A DNA stretch of 64,000 nucleotides from Flavobacteriales bacterium UBA7468 (GTDB taxonomy: Bacteria; Bacteroidota; Bacteroidia; Flavobacteriales_D; Crocinitomicaceae), in assembly GCA_002478565.1 (NCBI GenBank), contig DLPC01000016.1, positions 11,700-75,699 of the forward strand, in the 5' to 3' direction. Under the pieces are notes generated by a model. The model was not told the DNA's origin. It worked only from the letters and a program-made list of their open reading frames with translations, and made no database searches. This document shows, in pieces, positions 57,539 through 64,000 of the stretch; the first letter of the stretch is position 1; each line of letters starts with the position of its first letter. Both the position numbers and the translations under genes were made by a program.

Positions 57539-59366
57539 AAACATCTAGCCATATCAAATAGCTACAGCAGCGAAATAAGAAATCTTTGGCGGGGCTTTCG
57601 TGTTCCGTGCCTAAAATCGTTGGCGCATCTTCAAGTAATTTTTGCCAATCCACAATTTGTAAAGGATCTAGGTCTTTTTTAGCGTGCAAAATATCGATCC
57701 AAAAAGTTTGAGTTTGGTACATCCATTGTGCTTGTGGTACTGAAAAACCTTTCTTGTCTTTTCTCCAAGTAATTGCTGGGTCTAAAATATCCTGTGTTGC
57801 TATGCGAAGTTCATACTTTGACCAACCATTCTTTATGAGTTGATCAGGACTCACATTTTCTATTGCTTTGATCAAAAACATGGCATCTGCAAAGGGTGTT
57901 CTCGATTCGATGCTGTATTGCATCGAACAGCGGTCTTCCCAGCGCAATAAGCCTTTTAATGCAGCTCCTTCTCTGTAATCCTGGAGGTGTTTTTGTAGTG
58001 ACCTAAAGCGTTTTCTCTTAGGAAGTTCAGCCTCCTTCAAATATTGTAATGCGATTTTCTTTCTTTTGAAGAATCCTCGAGTGAGCTGAGTAGGAAGCAA
58101 ACTTAAAAAGTCTAGGCTCCATTCTTTCAAAATGTATTTTTTATCAGTAGGGCTGTTGTCAAGAAAGCGCCATTCTTGGTAGAATTTATTCAGTTTGCCT
58201 TTGAAAAGAAGTTCTTTCAGATAAGTAGGATAAAATACCTGATAGCCTGCAAATAATTCATCTCCACCTTGGCCGTCTAATAATATTTTGATGCGCTGAC
58301 CCGCGGCTGCTCGCATAACGGCACTTTGTGCATAGGTACTTGAAGAAAGTAGCGGAATATCTTGGTGATAGATTAAATTTTCTAGCGACGCAACGAGCCC
58401 TTCGGCAGTGACTTCTTGTTGAATCCATTTGACCTGCGTTAGGTTTACCATTTTTTCAGCCCAAGATCTTTCGTCTAGAGGTGATTGATGAACGGCAGTA
58501 AAAGCCGTGATGCCATTTGCAAGACTTTCGACAGCGGTTTTGTTTTGGATAGCTTTGGAAATGGCAAGTAAGGAACTGGAGTCGAGCCCACCTGAGAGGC
58601 AAAAACCAATTGGGACATCGGCTCTAAGTCTGCGCATGACTGCTTCATTTAAAGCTTCTCGGGTATCCACAAACGGCATATCTTGATTCCATTGATAAGG
58701 AGCGATTTTAAATTCTTGCACATTTACGGAATAGCTCAAATAATGCCCCGGTGGCAGTTCAAATATGCCTCTGAAAAATCCTTCTTCTGCTGTTTCAATT
58801 TGTGCATTGGCTAAAAAATCAGCAATTGCTTTCGGATTGACTTGCGCTTTGTAGCTCGGTATGCACAGTAAAGATTTAATTTCAGATGCAAAGCCAAAAT
58901 GTGCTGGTGTATTGACATAATAAAATGGTTTGACTCCAAAAGGATCGCGAGCACAAAAAAGAGTTTGATTTTGGCGGTCAAATATGCAAAACGACCACAT
59001 GCCATCGAGATGTTCTAGACAAGACGTTCCCCAAAAATGGTATGCTTGTAAAAGAACCTCGGCGTCAGAATGGGTAGTGAAAACGAGCCCTTGACCACTC
59101 AAATACTCTTTGAGTTCTAAGTAGTTGTAAATCTCGCCATTGAATACCAAACAGAAGCGGTCGTCTAAAAACATAGGTTGGTTTGCAGCAGCAGAAAGGT
59201 CTATGATAGCCAAGCGACGATGTGCCAGTCCAAGTCTTTCTTTATCAAACACTTTTAGACCTGCGCCGTCTGGTCCACGATGAGCCAATTTTAGGCTCAT
59301 TTGTTCGAGTACGGAAGTGGGGAAAGTGTCTGCTTTTTTGTCAATAAGACCAGCGATACCACACAT
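57507..59366 (-). CDS. asparagine synthase (glutamine-hydrolysing) family amidotransferase
   Basis: 619-aa ORF with N-terminal nucleophile MCGIAG and PP-loop CLSGGLDSS. Confidence 0.9.
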   Translation of the reverse strand: MCGIAGLIDKKADTFPTSVLEQMSLKLAHRGPDGAGLKVFDKERLGLAHRRLAIIDLSAAANQPMFLDDRFCLVFNGEIYNYLELKEYLSGQGLVFTTHSDAEVLLQAYHFWGTSCLEHLDGMWSFCIFDRQNQTLFCARDPFGVKPFYYVNTPAHFGFASEIKSLLCIPSYKAQVNPKAIADFLANAQIETAEEGFFRGIFELPPGHYLSYSVNVQEFKIAPYQWNQDMPFVDTREALNEAVMRRLRADVPIGFCLSGGLDSSSLLAISKAIQNKTAVESLANGITAFTAVHQSPLDERSWAEKMVNLTQVKWIQQEVTAEGLVASLENLIYHQDIPLLSSSTYAQSAVMRAAAGQRIKILLDGQGGDELFAGYQVFYPTYLKELLFKGKLNKFYQEWRFLDNSPTDKKYILKEWSLDFLSLLPTQLTRGFFKRKKIALQYLKEAELPKRKRFRSLQKHLQDYREGAALKGLLRWEDRCSMQYSIESRTPFADAMFLIKAIENVSPDQLIKNGWSKYELRIATQDILDPAITWRKDKKGFSVPQAQWMYQTQTFWIDILHAKKDLDPLQIVDWQKLLEDAPTILGTEHESPAKDFLFRCCSYLIWLDVFKLGKLPASA

Positions 59367-60736
59367 TAGGGCTGAAGATTTAAATCGAGTAAGTAAACAA
59401 AGCTGGCTATGGCTGCTGCTCCTAGTTCGAGTTCACGCTTGTTGACGGACTCAAAAACATCGCTCGGGGCGTGATGGTAATCAAAATAACGCTGTGAATC
59501 GGGTACAAATCCAAATAATGGAATGCCGGGATAGGCAGCTTTTAATGGTCCGATGTCAACGCCGCCGTAGCCCTTCTCAAAAATATGGAGGTCGTAAGAA
59601 CGTAGTTTTGGCTCAAAGCTTTGCAACAGTTGCAAGTATTGTTCAGGACCATCCAAATTGAAGCCTCTTGGCGCAAAGCCGCCGCGATCACTTTCTAGAG
59701 CGGCCACCTGATTTTCTTGGTTCGCTAAGACCCATTTGGCATATTGTTGACCTCCTTGATTGCCGTTTTCTTCATTCATAAAAAAGACCACACGGATCGT
59801 ATGTTTGGGTTGGTAACCTAATTTTTTGAGTATCCTGAGTGCCTCAAGACAATGGATCACACCAGCACCATCGTCATGGGCGCCTTCGCCGGTATCCCAA
59901 GAATCAAGGTGCCCGCCGATCGTAATTACCTGATCTGGAAAAAGGCTTCCTTTGATTTCAGCCATGACATTAAACGAATTGGCATCCGGAAAATCGCGAC
60001 AGTCCATTTCTAAGTAAAATTGTACACTTCCTTTTTGAAGCGCAGCTGAGAGGGCATTGGCGTCATTGGTAGAGAGCGCTGCAGCAGGAATTTTGTTTAC
60101 GTCATTTTCATAGTGCATAGAGCCGGTGTGCGGATGTGCATCTTGAGGAAGACCTAAAGAACGAATCAAAACTGCTTTGGCCCCGAGTTTACCAGCTTCA
60201 ACAGCACCATTTCCACGAATTGCGTAGCAGGCTCCATAGGCTTTAAATGTCTGAATTTGGGATGCGTCCATGGCTTGGTTCAAAAAGACTATTTTTCCTT
60301 CAATATCTTTTGGTTTGGCTTTTTGGAGGTCTGAAAGTTGCTTGAATTCAATGACTTCAGCTTGAAGAAGACCATTAGTACCAATTGATCCACCTAAAGC
60401 TAGCAAGTGTACTTTGGTGAGATCACCATCATGAGTCCTAAACCAACCGCTTTCAGTTGTTCCACGCTCCCAATGAGGAACGGTGATAGCCTGCTTTGTG
60501 ACACGATCAAAATTATAGGACTTCATTTTTTCGTAACTCCAGTTGACTGCCATTTCAGCCTGGGCAGAGCCTGAGAGTCTTGGGCCAATTTGCTTACAGA
60601 GTTGTCTTAAATCTTCGTAGGCAGCGCCTCTGAGTAGGGCTTCGTCATAAATTTGGCGAATCATAGTGCTGTCTTGAGCTGAAAGGTAGAAACTCAAGCC
60701 CCCAAGAAGCAAAGCTGGAATTAACTTCAATAACAT
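59366..60736 (-). CDS. M28-family zinc peptidase with PA domain
   Basis: ATG at 60736 gives the signal peptide MLLKLIPALLLGGLSFYLSAQ. Zinc-ligand blocks HLDSWDTGEGAHDDGAG and FMNEENG are present. Confidence 0.8.
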   Translation of the reverse strand: MLLKLIPALLLGGLSFYLSAQDSTMIRQIYDEALLRGAAYEDLRQLCKQIGPRLSGSAQAEMAVNWSYEKMKSYNFDRVTKQAITVPHWERGTTESGWFRTHDGDLTKVHLLALGGSIGTNGLLQAEVIEFKQLSDLQKAKPKDIEGKIVFLNQAMDASQIQTFKAYGACYAIRGNGAVEAGKLGAKAVLIRSLGLPQDAHPHTGSMHYENDVNKIPAAALSTNDANALSAALQKGSVQFYLEMDCRDFPDANSFNVMAEIKGSLFPDQVITIGGHLDSWDTGEGAHDDGAGVIHCLEALRILKKLGYQPKHTIRVVFFMNEENGNQGGQQYAKWVLANQENQVAALESDRGGFAPRGFNLDGPEQYLQLLQSFEPKLRSYDLHIFEKGYGGVDIGPLKAAYPGIPLFGFVPDSQRYFDYHHAPSDVFESVNKRELELGAAAIASFVYLLDLNLQP

Positions 60737-60822
60737 GAACAGAATTTGGGTAAAAATACCAATTTCCGCCAAACACAGCTTGCTTTTGGCTATCTTTGCA
60801 CCTGATCTAACAAAACAATATA

Positions 60823-61920
60823 ATGGCTTTAAAATGCGGTATCGTAGGCTTACCAAACGTCGGTAAATCCACATTATTTAACTGTTTGTCTAATGCAAAG
60901 GCACAATCGGCGAACTTTCCTTTTTGTACAATTGAACCCAACCTCGGTACCATTTCGGTTCCCGATCCACGTCTTGAAAAACTAGAAGCAATCGTCAATC
61001 CTGAGCGCGTTGTCCCGACTACTATGGAAATCGTTGACATTGCTGGCTTGGTGAAAGGTGCTTCTAAAGGAGAGGGTTTGGGCAACCAATTCTTAGCCAA
61101 TATCCGCGAAACCGATGCCATTTTACATGTTTTGCGTTGCTTTGACGACGGCAATATTATCCACGTAGATGGCAGTGTTGACCCTATTCGTGACAAAGAA
61201 ATCATCGACATCGAATTGCAACTCAAAGATCTCGATACCATCGAAAAGAAAATTCAAAGTTTGGCACGCATCATTAAGTCAGGAGACAAAGAGGCCATCA
61301 AAGAAAACGAATTGGCTTTGCAAATCAAAGCTGGTCTTGAGCAAGGTAAATCAGTAAGAGGATTAGGATTCTCCCAAGAAGAGATGGACCTCATTCATTC
61401 TTTTAACCTCATTACATCCAAACCCGTCATGTATGTTTGCAATGTCGATGAGGCTTCGGTCAAAACTGGCAATGCGCATGTGACGCGTGTCAAAGAAGCT
61501 GTTGCAGCTGAAAATGCTGAAGTTCTGATTATTGGCGCCAAAATAGAAGCAGATATTACTGAGCTTGAAACCTATGACGAACGTCAAATGTTTTTAGAAG
61601 AACTCGGATTGGAAGAGCCCGGCGTCAACCGACTCATCAGACAGGCCTATCACTTACTCAATCTACAAACCTATTTTACAGCAGGTGTCAAAGAAGTAAG
61701 AGCCTGGACCATTCGCAAAGGCATGACTGCTCCTCAAGCCGCGGGCGTGATTCACTCTGACTTCGAAAAAGGATTTATCCGCGCCGAAGTCATGAAATAC
61801 AACGATTACATTACGCTAGGTTCTGAAAGTGCGGTCAAAGAGGCTGGTAAATTCAAAGTAGAAGGAAAAGAATATGTCGTAGAAGATGGCGATATTATGC
61901 ACTTCCGATTCAATGTCTAA
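60823..61920 (+). CDS. ychF: redox-regulated ATPase YchF
   Basis: 365-aa ORF starting MALKCGIVGLPNVGKSTLFN, with a TGS-like C-terminus ending DGDIMHFRFNV. Confidence 0.95.
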   Translation: MALKCGIVGLPNVGKSTLFNCLSNAKAQSANFPFCTIEPNLGTISVPDPRLEKLEAIVNPERVVPTTMEIVDIAGLVKGASKGEGLGNQFLANIRETDAILHVLRCFDDGNIIHVDGSVDPIRDKEIIDIELQLKDLDTIEKKIQSLARIIKSGDKEAIKENELALQIKAGLEQGKSVRGLGFSQEEMDLIHSFNLITSKPVMYVCNVDEASVKTGNAHVTRVKEAVAAENAEVLIIGAKIEADITELETYDERQMFLEELGLEEPGVNRLIRQAYHLLNLQTYFTAGVKEVRAWTIRKGMTAPQAAGVIHSDFEKGFIRAEVMKYNDYITLGSESAVKEAGKFKVEGKEYVVEDGDIMHFRFNV

Positions 61921-61936
61921 ACTGTAATTATTTTTT

Positions 61937-63214
61937 ATGCAAATCACAGCCAATCAAGCGCATTTAAAATCTTGGGTAGAAGTACCCGCTCATTCGGATT
62001 TTCCTATTCAAAACCTGCCATTCGGCGTAGTGAGTGAATGCAGCAGCCCAACGCAAAAATTTGTTGCGGTTCGCATTGGTGATCACGTGCTGAATTTGGC
62101 AGCTATGGCTGAATACGGTTATTTTGACGATTTAGTCTTTTCGCAACAAGATTTCCAACAGGATTACCTCAATCCGATGATGAAACACGGGAAAATGGCT
62201 GTTCGCGCTTTGCGCAATCGAATTTCAGAGCTATTGCTCGACATTAATAATTCTTTTAGGCTCCAGCAAGAACAACACGTGGCCTTGATTCCAGTGAGTG
62301 CAGTAGAGACGCACATGCCTGTTCAAATTGGCGATTACACCGATTTTTATTCCTCAAAGGAACATGCCACTAATGTTGGGATGATGTTCCGAGATCCAGC
62401 CAATGCTTTGTTGCCCAACTGGCTCTGGATTCCGGTGGGTTATCACGGCAGGGCTTCTTCAGTCATTGCATCTGGTCAAGACGTTTATCGACCAAAAGGG
62501 CAAATCAAACCCGATGACAACGCAGATCCTATCTACGCGCCATCACGACAAATCGATTTTGAGCTCGAAATGGGCTTTATCACTTTTGATGGCAAACCAT
62601 TAGGGCAACAAATTACAACTGCAGAAGCCGAAGACCATATCTTTGGCTTGTGTTTGTTCAACGATTGGTCCGCAAGAGATATTCAAAAATGGGAATACGT
62701 ACCTTTAGGGCCATTTTTAGCGAAGAACTTTGCCTCTTCGATGTCTTGCTGGATCGTGACTTTAGATGCGCTTCAACCATTTGCCACAGCAACGCCAGCA
62801 CAACATCCTGAGGTGCTTTCGTATCTCAAATTTGAAGGCAATAAATCTTACGACATTCAATTAGAAGTTGCCATCGAAATACCGCAGCATCCTGAAAAAA
62901 TTGTTTCAAAGTCCAATTTCAAATATATGTATTGGAACATGGCGCAGCAGCTAGCGCACCATACAGTAAATGGTTGTAATATCCGTTGTGGAGACCTCAT
63001 GGGCTCGGGTACAATTTCTGGCCCTACACCAGATTCATACGGTTCAATGTTAGAGCTTGCTTGGAAGGGCACCCAACCCATTCAAATGCCAGATGGCTCT
63101 GAGCGTCGCTTTATTCAGGATCACGACACCGTCATCATGCGCGGTTATTGTGAAAATAATGGCATCAAAATTGGTTTTGGAGAAGTCAAATCAAAATTAC
63201 TTCCAAGTCTATAA
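61937..63214 (+). CDS. fahA: fumarylacetoacetase
   Basis: 425-aa ORF with the N-terminal FPIQNLPFGV block and a FAH-fold C-terminal domain (GDLMGSGTISG). Confidence 0.9.
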   Translation: MQITANQAHLKSWVEVPAHSDFPIQNLPFGVVSECSSPTQKFVAVRIGDHVLNLAAMAEYGYFDDLVFSQQDFQQDYLNPMMKHGKMAVRALRNRISELLLDINNSFRLQQEQHVALIPVSAVETHMPVQIGDYTDFYSSKEHATNVGMMFRDPANALLPNWLWIPVGYHGRASSVIASGQDVYRPKGQIKPDDNADPIYAPSRQIDFELEMGFITFDGKPLGQQITTAEAEDHIFGLCLFNDWSARDIQKWEYVPLGPFLAKNFASSMSCWIVTLDALQPFATATPAQHPEVLSYLKFEGNKSYDIQLEVAIEIPQHPEKIVSKSNFKYMYWNMAQQLAHHTVNGCNIRCGDLMGSGTISGPTPDSYGSMLELAWKGTQPIQMPDGSERRFIQDHDTVIMRGYCENNGIKIGFGEVKSKLLPSL

Positions 63215-64000
63215 TGCAATACGACGGCAGCGGCCATATCGACCTTGAACAAGAACGCATAGAGATCCTCAATGCTTTTAAAGGATTGTTGCGTGCCACC
63301 AAAGATCGTAGTCGGGAAGAAACCAAACTGATTCGCAAAGCTTTTGATATCGCACTCGATGCCCACAAAGACATGCGCCGAAAGTCTGGTGAGCCCTATA
63401 TTTATCACCCGATTTCAGTAGCCAAAATTTGTGCTGAAGAAATGGGCCTAGAACCCACTGCCATTGTTTGTGCTCTTCTGCATGATACCGTGGAGGACAC
63501 GCATCTTACGCTCCAAGATATCGAGGATCTTTTTGGCCCTACAGTCAGAAAAATTATCGATGGTCTCACCAAAATTCCAGAGGTATTTGATGAAAACACC
63601 TCTATCCAAGCCGAGAATTTTAGAAAAATGATCCTCACTATCTCTGATGACTTCAGGGTGGTCTTGATCAAGCTCGCCGATCGCTTGCACAACATGCGTA
63701 CCTTGCAAAGCATGAAGCCAGAAAAGCAACTTAAAATTGCCTCTGAAACCAAATTTCTTTATGCACCTTTAGCGCATCGCTTAGGTCTTTATCCGATTAA
63801 ATCTGAGCTAGAAGACCTCTCCATGAAATATTGCGAGGCAGATGTCTACCGAGAAATAGAGGCTAAATTGAAGTCTACGCAAGATGTCAGAAACCGCTTT
63901 ATTCGCCGTTTTGTCGCACCAATAAGAGAAGCGCTGCAAGAACAAGGGTATCAATTTGAAATCAAGGCCAGGACCAAATCAATTTCATCGATTTGGCGCA
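63214..64000 (+). CDS. RelA/SpoT-family (p)ppGpp synthetase/hydrolase (partial, runs off window end)
   Basis: Not in the ORF track. The ATG at 63214 overlaps the fahA stop (TAATG). Hand translation gives MQYDGSGHIDLEQ...GEPYIYHPISVA...LLHDTVEDT...LADRLHNMRT (HD domain), open to base 64000. Confidence 0.9.
   Translation, partial: MQYDGSGHIDLEQERIEILNAFKGLLRATKDRSREETKLIRKAFDIALDAHKDMRRKSGEPYIYHPISVAKICAEEMGLEPTAIVCALLHDTVEDTHLTLQDIEDLFGPTVRKIIDGLTKIPEVFDENTSIQAENFRKMILTISDDFRVVLIKLADRLHNMRTLQSMKPEKQLKIASETKFLYAPLAHRLGLYPIKSELEDLSMKYCEADVYREIEAKLKSTQDVRNRFIRRFVAPIREALQEQGYQFEIKARTKSISSIWR

Overview
The window looks like a chromosomal segment of a Bacteroidota genome, probably Flavobacteriia-like. 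The lineage markers are a PorT-like barrel next to ubiE, DUF1573, DUF4248, a long NusB, TonB-dependent receptors, a Bacteroidetes-type tyrosine integrase and a fused CzcA-CzcC pump. I cannot name a species.

Most of the window is densely packed housekeeping DNA. It includes mnmA, ubiE, trmD, uvrD-like, pheT, murB, ettA, nusB, yajC, rarA, ychF, fahA and a partial relA/spoT.

Three accessory blocks stand out:
(1) 15.8-22.6 kb holds a LacI-controlled locus that resembles the Xanthomonas sux system. It comprises a TonB-dependent receptor, a GH100-invertase-like hydrolase, a uridine-kinase-fold P-loop kinase and an SLC45/GPH sucrose-type MFS transporter. Three tandem LacI-type operators sit in the divergent promoter region. 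A further copy of the same operator lies 13 kb away, in front of a small outer-membrane barrel gene.
(2) About 34.9-49.3 kb is an island of roughly 14-15 kb directly downstream of tRNA-Ala(GGC). It carries a tyrosine integrase and DUF4248, then an AT-rich patch of orphan genes that includes a HEPN-motif protein. Next come a serine-recombinase fragment and a decayed IS21 element. The cargo is a heavy-metal module: a His-rich secreted protein, a fused CzcA-CzcC, CzcB, a P1B ATPase, an HMA-like protein and DUF3703. No regulator is visible in it.
(3) 53.2-59.4 kb is a small glycan-biosynthesis cluster.

I found no rRNA genes and no CRISPR array. All family assignments come from motif recognition by eye and need profile searches to confirm.
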